Part shown: one piece after another, positions 26,501 to 37,100 of the stretch
How positions within the stretch are numbered: position 1 is the stretch's first letter
Layout of the letters: the number at the start of each line of letters is the position of its first letter
Assembly (NCBI RefSeq): GCF_964355755.1
Contig: NC_092674.1
Coordinates: 25,544,001 to 25,608,000 of the forward strand
Length of the DNA stretch: 64,000 nucleotides
From: Antedon mediterranea
Taxonomy: Eukaryota; Animalia; Echinodermata
Reading direction: 5' to 3'
Notes under the pieces: generated by a model
What the model saw: the letters and a program-made list of their open reading frames with translations, nothing else
The model's database searches: none
Told to the model about the DNA's origin: nothing
Position numbers and translations under genes: made by a program

Positions 26501-28824
26501 ACCCAAGTTTGTCAAATGTTTTACATTGGCAAATGTTGGGAGAATTTAAACAAATTTCGTAAACCTCAGCAGAACTAATTTGTCAAGAGGATGTGGCCTA
26601 CTGTAGAACTTCTGCAACTAGTTTGTTTTCAGCCTTTAAAATGTACATTAAAGTTCAACACAGTTACTAGAGGCTGGCGTAGTTTGAAAATTTCACGTTT
26701 TGCAAGAAATCTTGTCTAATGTAGAATAGATAAACTTCGGCAAACTTCAGAAAACTAGTTGCAGAAGTTAGGCTGAGCGTGTTTGCTTTCGGCGAATCAG
26801 TAACAGTCCTTGGGTACTCTACGCGGTCATGTGATCCTTCAGATAGACAAACCGACAGCATCCAGTTATAACTGGAATCACAAACTTCTCCAAAACTTTG
26901 GTAAAGTTTGCTAGTGTATAGAGCTTAATCTGAGTTACTTGTGCAAACTAGATTTATCCAGTTTCAACTGGTCTACACTGGCAGATCTTTCTAGCGACAC
27001 TCGCACTTTATTTGCATGAAGTTTGCTATAGACTATCTGAGCTACTTTATCTAAGGTTAAAATATCCCAAGGATATTATGTGTGCACACGAACTCCTTTA
27101 TAACTATTCCTACGACAAATTATATCATTTTAGGATACTATGAAGATCAGTTAACAGGCAACTGCAAACCGTGTTCAAACTGTTATGAAAATGATGAAAC
27201 TCAAAGAAGAAAAGCAGTATGCCAATATGATGGCGCTCCAGAAAATATCTATTGTACACAGTCGATGATGCATGTTGCAGTTAAATCGACGCTATCGCCT
27301 TTAAAAAGAATAGAATCACAGACTAAAATGCGGACTGTCGGTGCAACTTCAATTCGGACACATAGGCCTACAACTTCATTACAGCAGAATATGCCCACAT
27401 CATCATTACATAGGCATACAAGTACGTATAGGCGTACAACTGCAAGGACGTATAGACATTCGCCGTTCTTACCAACTTCTATTCAAATGAAAAGTACGTT
27501 TCACAAAGGTTTGAATTTATACCATGACGTCAGTGGGTGATTCAGACTAAACGGGACATTCCCCCTCTCATGGCTTGCCTTGAAAACTAGGCTAATACGT
27601 CCAGGCCAACTTTCGTGACTCCTCTAATCATTACCAAATTAGTGGTTATAAAGAATCGTCAGCAGGAGTTTATCGGAAGGAAACTAGAAAATTTACTTTG
27701 GAAATAAAGTGCAGGACACCGCAATCAATTTGAAGCGTTAAAATATAGAATAATTTATATTTAGCATTAACAAAGTAAATAGGGGAAACATCCTATTTTT
27801 GTGTGATTTATCGTTTTTTTTTCTTGTGATGAGGAATTGTTATTCTGAAATAAAGTGATCAATAAATTAATTAATCTTAATTATATAGTGTTTCCTACAT
27901 ACAGAAGCACTTAATATTATATGGCTAAAAAGACTGTTAAATGACGAGGAAACAAAATGGAAATATATTCCAAAATTCTTTATTCATAAAATATGTCCAG
28001 AGCACATTCTATTTAACATGACAGATGAAAATGAGATTATACATACTATGCCTTTATTTTATTAAAATATGTTAAAAACATCTGTAAAATATAAAAATTG
28101 TTGGCACATATGATGATATTATGAAAGAACAATTGTAATAAGTAATAAATTAATACACCTTAAAAACAAATTATTTTTTACACACTGGATTGCAAGTGTT
28201 ATTTTAATATACAGTTTTGGCCACTTTTTGAAAAGTTCTCATATTTCTTCTAATTTTATGTCGTGAGGTAATTTCTCGCATGATCTTAATCAAAGACGGT
28301 ACTGGGTTTTGTCTACTAGCGTTCCTGCTCCCAACCAGTCCTGCTCCCAACCAGTCATCCATTCATTCATAGAAAGGCATATTCCTTCTAATTTTAAATT
28401 AAACAAACACTTATAAATGTAAGGAATTAACCATGTTTTCAATTCCTACTTTCTTTCAGGTCACAGTAGGCCTACAAACAAAATGCCAGGAGGCATTGGA
28501 AAAACAAGCGTAGTAAAAACAACAGAACAAGAAATATTATTACATACTGGATCAGTAAGACACACAGAACCAGTAGGACGCACAGAACCAGTAGGACGCT
28601 TCACTACTGAACATGTACAAATAGATGTGTCAATGGTCACAAATAATTCAAAACTAAATTTGCAAGAACATTTCAATGCGTCCTCTGATATGACATCGTT
28701 AAACTGTATAGCTGTGGTGGTATGCATACTAGTAGTATTCATTTTGCTATTAGGCCTAATACGAAGAAGAAATACACGAAATCACAGTTCTAAAATACGT
28801 ACCACCGACACTGAATGTGTTTGA
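20568..28824 (+). CDS. TNF receptor superfamily member, type I membrane protein with short tail
   Basis: Phase-compatible exons 20568-20624 (MIRSFLYIIWWQLGLHISK), 21732-21897 (..CVKCASCPPGYGVLSRCTLYNDT), 26092-26238 (ICTPCRYSMYSSTNSAYDRCTPCIRC..CSSTHNAHCGECPQ), 27134-27508 (GYYEDQLTGNCKPCSNC.. then S/T-rich stalk), 28460-28824 (TM CIAVVVCILVVFILLLGLI, tail RRRN..TECV*). Typical TNFR cysteine-rich repeats. Confidence 0.88.
21402..21550 (+). mobile_element. MITE family B
   Basis: TIR AGCTTGGTTCC...GGAACCAAG(C/T)T with internal inverted ACGCAAGGACGTAA motifs; preceded by a family A fragment at 21315-21395. Confidence 0.7.
21905..22128. repeat. Imperfect (GAT)n microsatellite
   Basis: GATGATGAT with GAC/GTT interruptions, directly after the TNFR exon 2 donor. 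Confidence 0.95.
22426..22560. mobile_element. Family A MITE, rearranged, containing palindrome CATAGACCTATAATAGGTCTATG
   Basis: TAA|AGCTCTGTCCACACTATCAAAC ... TGATAGTGTAGACAGAGCCT|TAA. Confidence 0.75.
22905..23208. repeat. Direct duplication of about 110 bp (22907-23024 and 23102-23208)
   Basis: TATACTGATGGTAAATTATAAAACAGCTGGTTCCAACTCATCA occurs twice. Confidence 0.85.
23577..23725 (+). mobile_element. MITE family B
   Basis: GCTTTGGTCTC..GACGCAACGCAAGGACGTAAGCGCAACGCAAGCGAGTTGACCAATGACAAGCG...GAAACCAAGCT|TAA. Confidence 0.72.
24050..24885 (-). mobile_element. Degraded 5'-truncated non-LTR retrotransposon (RT C-terminal part)
   Basis: Minus strand CLSFADDLVLLAPS (RT catalytic motif, about 24765-24802), then YLSHVISNNLSDESDIKRQYR, MYCSTLW, SASMMFV; several frameshifts. 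Confidence 0.85.
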
Positions 28825-29709
28825 CTCGGAGAATGGCATTTAATACACAGTATATACGTATTTAATTATTCAATAGGCTGAATGGTTATATTTAGGCGGA
28901 AACATGAAGAATTGCAACACTTTGGTAGGAAGCGTACGTACGGCTCTTATCTCATTTACTATCAAATACAGTCATGACCCATTTGATTCTTTGGAATGCC
29001 ATTGCTTGCTAACTTTTCGGATGAAAGATGTCAGGTATAATATAGTGTTTTTGAAGGTTTGTGAAAATACATATTATCGATTTATCAACTAAAACGGGCT
29101 TTCCTTTATGTTTTTTGTATTGTATCCGAGACGTAATATTTCATCAGAGTGCTTTATCTCAACATACTATCTATTTCCGAAATATTTGGTAATATGTATA
29201 TGCATGATGTCAATTTATAGATCAGTTATATATTTTTTTATATATAATTTTAGTTATAATTGTAGTTACTTCGCTTGTCATTGGTTAAAACGCTTGCGTT
29301 GCGTTACGTTCTAGAGTGCGAACCGAGCTTAAAGATTGACGATCTTTGATGTAATTGTATTCTTGAGTCATTCCCAACACAAAATAATTAATAACAGTGG
29401 TATTTACTTTTATTTATTACTTTTTATTGTAAGAATATGATGTAATCCATCTCATTCTTTTGTTAATTTCCCTATGAGGGATGAAAGATACAAATTATAC
29501 AGATATACTGTTGTCGAAAACTATTTAAACAATCCAGGCAACGACACTTGTGTGTAAATAGTACCCAATACAGGAAAAATTTACAACAGTATCATTGGTA
29601 CATTTTTTATACAATTTTATTGATTATATTACTTAATTTACAAAATGGTAACAAAGTGATAGCATAGAGGGAGGAGGAGCGTGTGTTCCGTCCACGATCC
29701 GCAACCGCT

Positions 29710-30165
29710 AAGTTAAGTTCCCACTAGGACGAAACGCAAACGGGCGCAAGGCACGAGTTGAGCACTGACAAGCGACAGTCGGAAATACATCGCTTGCGAT
29801 TGGTCAACAAAGTACTTGTGTTGCGCTTGACCGTCCTTGCGTTACGTTTGGCCGTCTTTGCCGTTGCGCTTGACTGTCTTTGCCGTTGCGCTTGACTGTC
29901 TTTGCCGTTGCGCTTGACCGTCTTTGCGTCGCGCTTGACCGTCTTTGCGTCGCGCTTGAACGTCTTTGCGTCGCGCGTGACCGTCTTTGCTTTGCGCTTG
30001 ACCGTCTTTGCTTTGCGCTTGACCGTCTTTGCTTTGCGCTTGACCGTCCTTGCTTTGTGCTTGACCGTCCTTGCGTTGCGCTTGACTGTCATTGCGTTGC
30101 GCTTGAACGTCTTTGCGTTGCGCTTGACCGTCCTTGCGTTGCGCTTGAGCGTCCTTGCATTACGG
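29710..30165. repeat. Family B MITE left part running into a 21 bp minisatellite (about 16 copies)
   Basis: GTTCCCACTAGGACGAAACGCAA..GAGTTGAGCACTGACAAGCG then (TTGCGTTGCGCTTGACCGTCT)n. Confidence 0.88.
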
Positions 30166-30479
30166 TCTTCCTCGTCTACCCTCCAGAAACGAAACTTTGG
30201 TATGGATGACCCCGAGAAGCATTAATCTGGGTTCCCGACGGAGTTTTGTCTTAATTTTAGTAAAAAGATAAATATTTTTGCACATATGGCGTTTCATACG
30301 TATACTACTTTGAGTTTTTATTTTCAGACAAAAATCGAAAAACTTGGGGCAAGTCTATGTGCTACATTCTTCCCATTACGTCTGAATCGGTTATTCAAAA
30401 AGATACAATATAATATTATTATACATTAATTTATTGCATAATTAATATAAAATCATATAAAAGAACTGAATTGAAAGAA

Positions 30480-30639
30480 TAAGGTTTACCGCAAATAGCT
30501 TAAATTTCAAAAGGAACGTAATTGCACAATGGGGTTGAGAGCAACGTCACGCCGCGTACGTAGGCCTATAGACAACAAATCACGTACGTACGCGTCGTGA
30601 CGTTTGCTCCCAAATCCTTCCTATTTGCGATAAACCTTA
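30480..30639. mobile_element. 160 bp palindromic MITE
   Basis: TAAGGTTTACCGCAAATAG ... CTATTTGCGATAAACCTTA; internal arms GAGCAACGTCACGCCGCGTACGTA / TACGTACGCGTCGTGACGTTTGCTC. Confidence 0.7.
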
Positions 30640-30859
30640 CGTAGGAAGGGCTATTCTGTGGTTAACAATTTATTGAATTATGAATCGTATAAATGTATTT
30701 TTCTTACAAAATCTAATACTTCAATATTTCAGAAATTTTCTTTATACAGCATTATTTAGACAACAATAAAAAAAACGTTAAAGTTAAAACATAAATTACA
30801 TTTATAATGTACATGAGGTTTGTGCACACCTTAAACATCTCACCCAAAGGACGCTTTGC

Positions 30860-31565
30860 TATTAAACATATTGTTACAGGTTTGAACAGTTTTATTTTGA
30901 TTAGGCCTACATAAACATAAAAAATAATGTTTCACCATTTTCAATCGATTTTATAGTATAAAATACTGTTTGTTTACAGTAATTTTTAATCAATTTTATA
31001 ACATTAACTTGGTTATCAATTTTAATCAGATTTTATAACATAAAAATGCACTTTTTTTTTGCATTTAAAAAAAAACGGTTTTATTTTGATTAATAATCAA
31101 ACACATAATTTGTTTGATTTTCAATCGATTCTATAGTATAAAATATTATTTGTTTACAGTGATTTTTAATCAATTTTATAACAAACACGCATTAACTAGG
31201 TTATCATTTTTAATCGATTTTCTAACATAAAAATTTACTATTTTTTGGTAGTATATACTACTAATACTACTACTAATACTATTGGTTTACAGAGATATTT
31301 AATAAAACTACATTTAAAATAATATATTTTAGAAATCTGAGTACACAAATTTAACATACATATTGGGTTTGTGCGTAGCTCAACGTCTCAACTAAAGAAC
31401 GCTTTTGCTATTTAAAAATGTTTTAAACAGATTTTATGATTTATAATCAAACAGATATAAAACTTTGCTTTATAGTATAAAAAAAATTAGTTTACAATGA
31501 TTTTTAATCGATTTTATAACATAAATTTGCGTTAAAATTTGTTATCGATTTTAATCGATTATAAA
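30860..31565. repeat. Degenerate ~180 bp AT-rich tandem repeat
   Basis: TCAATCGATTYTATAGTATAAAATA..TTTGTTTACAGT..TTTTTAATCAATTTTATAACA recurs at about 30940, 31120 and 31470. Confidence 0.7.
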
Positions 31566-31579
31566 AACAACACTAACGT

Positions 31580-31790
31580 CACATTGCATGTGCTTAGGAA
31601 AGACACTTGCTTGCGTTTCCCTCTCTCCACCCAGGTGTACAAATGGGTACCTGGTATTAGGTCAACTTCGTTGAATACTAGCTGCATATTAATTATGTCC
31701 ACACAAGTTTAATCCAATAACTGGCTAATACTCTGTTAAGCACTTAGTAGCTTTGAGCATTAAGCGCTAAATAATAATAATAATAATAGT
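31580..31790 (+). mobile_element. 5'-truncated SINE, same family as 6065-6352
   Basis: CTCTCTCCACCCAGGTGTACAAATGGGTACCTGGTA core and (ATA)n tail. Confidence 0.75.
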
Positions 31791-32373
31791 AAATATTCCA
31801 CAAAGGCAAATTATTACAAAACGACAATACTGTACAGTAGGTATCACGGACTAGATCTTAATGGAGATACAAATGAAATAATAAAGCCAGAAAGGTAAAT
31901 CAAAACGGAAAGTAAAACAGCTAAAATAAGTGTTGTTAGGGCTAATATTAATTTCAAGAAAATATTTAAGTGACTTCTCAGACTTTGTTCCAAAACTGTT
32001 TTAGAAGGCAGTGATCCAGATACAAGTGTCTAATTATCAAAATACAATATGTATTTGTTCAATAATGTAATCAACATAATTTTGCTATCCATTCAAGACA
32101 AAAGAAATGGTTAATTTCAACCAAAAACCATTGTCTTCCAGACAATTAGGTATATTTTGCTTTAAATTACATTTCTTTGGTGGAAAATGTTTTTTTTTTT
32201 TTTTTTGGTCATAGTGAATAACTATTGTGATATTAAAATGGCATATTAAAAAAAAAAATTTAAACAATTATTTTTTAGGGGGACAATATATCTTTAATTT
32301 TTGGGTCGCAACATTGGCTGAATATAATATCCACCTTAACTACTGGAAGACCTCCCAAGAATTATTATGTTAT

Positions 32374-33090
32374 TTATGACTCTGTATAGCTTATAACATA
32401 CCCCTTACTATGCAAATGGCTATGAAATATTTTCTGACACTCAAGGCATTCAGAATGATCTTCTGCAATTATACTAACAAATTCAAGTATCTTTATATCA
32501 TCCTCAGATTTTAGAAGTCGTACAGTTTCAGTGTTTTCAATGTGTTTGTCATACTCTGTCAATGATAACTCATTAAAAAATAATTTCAAAAATTCATGAA
32601 CACTCATAGTATCACAGTGAATGTGCATACTATAGATAAATCCATTAAAAAATGTGGTATTCCATAATGCTGATATCTGTTTCTTTAAAACTGAAAATGA
32701 ATCCCTAAACTCAAGAGAAGTTGCAAGCATTGTATAAAAACAATCGCTATTCTTCATTTCACTAGTCACTCTGTTGCATTCTGATTTTCTTCTATCAAAC
32801 AACTTAAGAATGCCGTCTTTACATCTAGGAATTTCATCCAATTTCACTGGGTCTGCTTCTGCCGTAAAAATCAAAATAATCGATTATTCCTAAGTACCGC
32901 AAAATCACAGAATTGTCTGCGTTGCAACTGAAAATTTTCTCCAACGTTAATCTGTTATCTGATAATTGCTTTTAAAAATCACGTCATCATTACCCACAAC
33001 ACAGTTCAAATTATGGAAGGCCGATAAGTTGGTTTTTGCATCTACCTATCGCTGCCTAAAACTATCACACTTTTCACTGTTGGTACTACT
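32374..33090 (-). pseudogene. Orphan intronless ORF with decayed 5' part (or terminal exon of the HYR/FN3 gene)
   Basis: 166 open codons of protein-like composition; the same frame continues upstream with five stops (EKCDSFRQR*VDAKTNLSAFHNLNCVVGNDDVIFKSNYQITD*RWRKFSVATQTIL*FCGT*E*SIIL). Family not recognised. Confidence 0.45.
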
Positions 33091-33629
33091 CTACTACTAC
33101 TAGGTAGCTAGGCTACATATCTCTACCGAAAATGACAGGCCTAAAAAAGGACATTCAAAACATTGTTAGCCTGGACTGGTGGGATGTAACGGTGTACTCC
33201 AAAAGTTAACGCAGAATCCTTTTTATTCCCCTAGAGTCTCTCGGTATAATTCTCCCCCACAAAATTATCACAATCTCATCGGTCCACATCGTCGCTTGGC
33301 TGATCGTGCAAATAAACAGCATGCTTTGTGAGTGAGGGTTGCCATACTCAAAAGTTGACTAGAGGTTAAAATGTGGTCAATAATCGCTATTTGTGTTGCA
33401 GCGAAAAAACTGCTCCGCAACAATCGGTTAAAACATGAAATAATCGGTTAAAACATGCAATGGATTGAGTGTGTTTAACCGGTTATTTTTTAATCAGTTA
33501 TGTCATTTTGCGCCGTTTCTGCTGCCCAAAAATAAACGGTTAATAACCGATTATTCCTGCTCAGCAGAAACAGGACCACTGAAAAACAAACCCACTATTT
33601 AATTTCCATAAGCTCTACATGTTTTTTTG

Positions 33630-33793
33630 TTATTATTTCATACGCATTCAACAATGAGCAACTCACCAATTACAGGATGGATAAACTATTATTTTTATAA
33701 TGTATCATGCTTATAAATAAACTAAGTCTCACATGACTTACAACCTTGGCACTAGGTCAGGATTGAACCCTGAACTCAAATTACAGCTCCACT
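33630..33793 (-). mobile_element. SINE family 2, deleted copy
   Basis: Reverse-complement match to 39627-39922 (CCAATTACAGGATGGATAAACTAT; GGCACTAGGTCAGGATTGAACC). Confidence 0.72.
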
Positions 33794-34152
33794 GATTTTT
33801 CATTATTACTATTACTTTTTATTTAGAGTCTAGCTGCAAAATTGCAATTAATCAATTTCAATTTATCCCCGGCACAGCGTGTATACTTTGATAATTTTAA
33901 AATAATCTATCTAATCTATCTCGTCTGTTTTTAACCTCGTGCTACAGCCCCCTAAGCGCTCCGATCGTCACAAAATAGTATATAAATGTTGCATTACTAA
34001 AATATAAACTTACATTCGTCTAGAGAATGGGAGACGCTTTTTGCTTGTCAGCCTTCTAGCATGCGTAGGTTGTTCCGAAACCTATCAAACCTAAATTGCT
34101 GCCATAATGCTGACAGTCTGAACGCAGTCTAAATTAAAAAGACAATACTTAC

Positions 34153-37100
34153 TGTTTGTAGTTTTGGTAAGTACATTCTGATAGCCTTGGTGAAGATGCT
34201 TACCCTGGTGTACAACACCGTAAGAAAACATATAAATAGAACCTGGTTGAAGATTGCAAATATTAACGATATTCTCAGAAACGGTAGACTTGCCACAACA
34301 TGATTTAACAAATGGTTTATATCCAGTCTCCAACCCACTGAAGTGTACCACAACGTTGGTACAACTAACGTCTGGTGAAATCGAAACACCTGTAGATAAA
34401 GAGATAAAAATATTTTATTTATTTTTTTACATCTTCCTCAAATTAAAACTGGTTTCTAGGCCTACAGTTTGTAGTGCAAGCAATAAATGAATTGAATTGA
34501 AAAGAATTGTTTATTGTACATAGCCGGTCACTTTGTTGTGCAGACAATTTTTAGATGAAAACTGGTGCAAAATATACATAATACATACAACATTGGCACT
34601 ATTCTATCTTCTACTACAAACGTAAGCTCATAAATAAATTTATATTTATACTGTGACTGTATTTAGACGTCTTTGAGTTTTTTGGCAGGTCATCAATTTT
34701 CATTCAGTAGGCCAGCTGGACTTAAACAAATAATCATAAACCGTAGTTACAGTTTATAGTCTTTAAGGGCTATAACCTATAGGTCCAGGGTGTACAGTTT
34801 GCCTGTGTGCACTTCAAACCACCCAGTTTATCATTCAAGACTTTATAATGCTTTATAAATGCTCAGTATCACATCATTATAATTTATACTTACGTTTTGT
34901 TGTGATCTCACATCCAATATTGTGCGGGTCACTGATTGTGGCGTTGTTTAAGGTTCTGATTTCAACCATTACATTGTACTTGTGTCCTGGCTTCAAACCC
35001 TCAAATTTGTATACTCCGTGATCCTTTCGGTCATTAACCTTCACGTCAAAGTGACCATCTGGTTCACTTTCCTCACTGTATTCGGAAACACTACTACCAA
35101 CCTCTTGAACATCCAACCATACATTGTTAAGGCTCAGATCAGTTGCGTCTCTATTGCATTTATAATCGACTTCAAAGGAGTCGTACATAACACATTGTAT
35201 TTTACATTCAAATAATTTACTTAAATTTTCTGAGGAGAAAAAAAAGGAATTGAAACAAATTAATTTAGTTTACATTTATCAAATACTAAATATTTTGTTG
35301 AAATGAAAAACTAGAGGGCAGTGACAAAAATGTCTACTGTAAACATGCAATTACTAATACTACAAGACTGGTTTTTTATACAACCTAGATACCAATCTTA
35401 TAAAGCAGAACAAGATTCAACAACTACTTACAATAAATAAAATGATAACACTCAGAAACTGAATGAAGTAATAACAAAATAACTATAACTTTATTGACAA
35501 ACACTTTTGGATCAGTGGCAACACACTCATTAGTGGTGCAGTCAAACTTGTTAAATGTTTATCCTTGTTAATGTTATTTTGCCACCAGCACTATCAGGAG
35601 AGTCTTTTATAGCGATATTTTTTGCTTTTTGACAATCCGCCAGGATAGTGTTCTGCGCTTTTTCTCTGCTTGTTGTTGTTCTATGTTATTTATGCTTTTT
35701 GTATTTTTGTATTTTTTTTTTTTCATTTTTCTGGATAATAAATGAATATGAATATGAACAACATACAAATGAACATTATAAACCAAACATGTATGTACAC
35801 TCAGCGATATATACATAGGCATAACCCATAGTGAAGTACTTGGCAAAATACATATTATATATAAACTATATTCATAGAGGGAGGGTTCACTACTTGATAT
35901 CAATGTTAAAAGAATACAGAGGGCGTGTTATAATATCTCATATGAAAGATACAGGAAAGTCAGATTTTAGTATAAGCTTTTGTGACATGACCAGTATATC
36001 AATTTAATTGAAAATCAATAGGCATGTTGTGTAAATATACACCCATGTACATAGACATTTTCAGAATAATAACTTAAAAATTGTAAGCACTATCGTGCTA
36101 ACAGTCAAAGCAAGTACTATACTTGGTAAAATTCTATTTTTCCAATTAACTAAGCAAGTACTATATTACAAGTAATATTAAATACTACTTACTCTGTGTT
36201 TTTATCTTTTTTTCTGTACCCAATTCTTTCAGTTTAAATTTGTATGTTGTATCAGCCAATAATTTACTAATTGTCTGCGTCATATTGTAATCTTTCTTCT
36301 CAATTGTTTTGTGACCGTGAATAGATTGGTTTCTTTTGCTGGTCCAAGTCAGTGTCACTGCTTCAAAATCATGACTCATGTTACTGATCGAAAGCTTTAC
36401 ATCAACAAATGTTGCTCCAATGTTTTCAAAAACAAGCCATGACCCGGTCTCTATAGTAACTTCTCCATTGCCTTTGAATGAATGAACAATTATATAAAAC
36501 CAAATCAAGTACAATTGTCTAACATTAATAGAATATAAGATTAAGCTACAATTCATGAAGGAAAAAAACAGTGTGGCATGGTTATTGGGGTGGGAGGGTG
36601 TGGTTATTGGGATGGGAGGGCGTGGTTATTGGGGTGAGAGGGCGTGGTTATTGGGATGGTAGGGAATGGTTATTGGGGTGAGAGGGTGTGGTTATTTGGG
36701 TGGGAGGGTGTGGTTATTGGGGTGAGAGGGCATGGTTATTGTGGTGAGAGGGCATGGTTATTGGGATGGGAGGGCATGGTTATTGGGATGGGAGGGCATG
36801 GTTATTGGGGTGGGAGGGCGTGGTTATTGGGGTGGGAGGGCGTGGATATTGAGGTGGGAGGTGGTGAAGGATGTGTTGATTTCTCATCAATTCTGGAGGA
36901 CTCAATTACGATTAAAAATCATGTGAACAGCATAAAAAAATTCACACCCTTGGAGTTAAGCTAGACGTGAGGTTGCTGCAACGATAGTTGCTTAAGGTAA
37001 TTTATTTCTATGATATATTGCAACTAACCATTAAATACAGCACGAGTATCACATGTTTTTCTTCTTCTTAGCTTGCAGTAGTAATACGAAACAGCAACCA

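Noticed and set aside
29724-30225. Histone H1-like KRKAKTV ORF
   Set aside because: 21 bp repeat derived from a MITE; open frames are a by-product.
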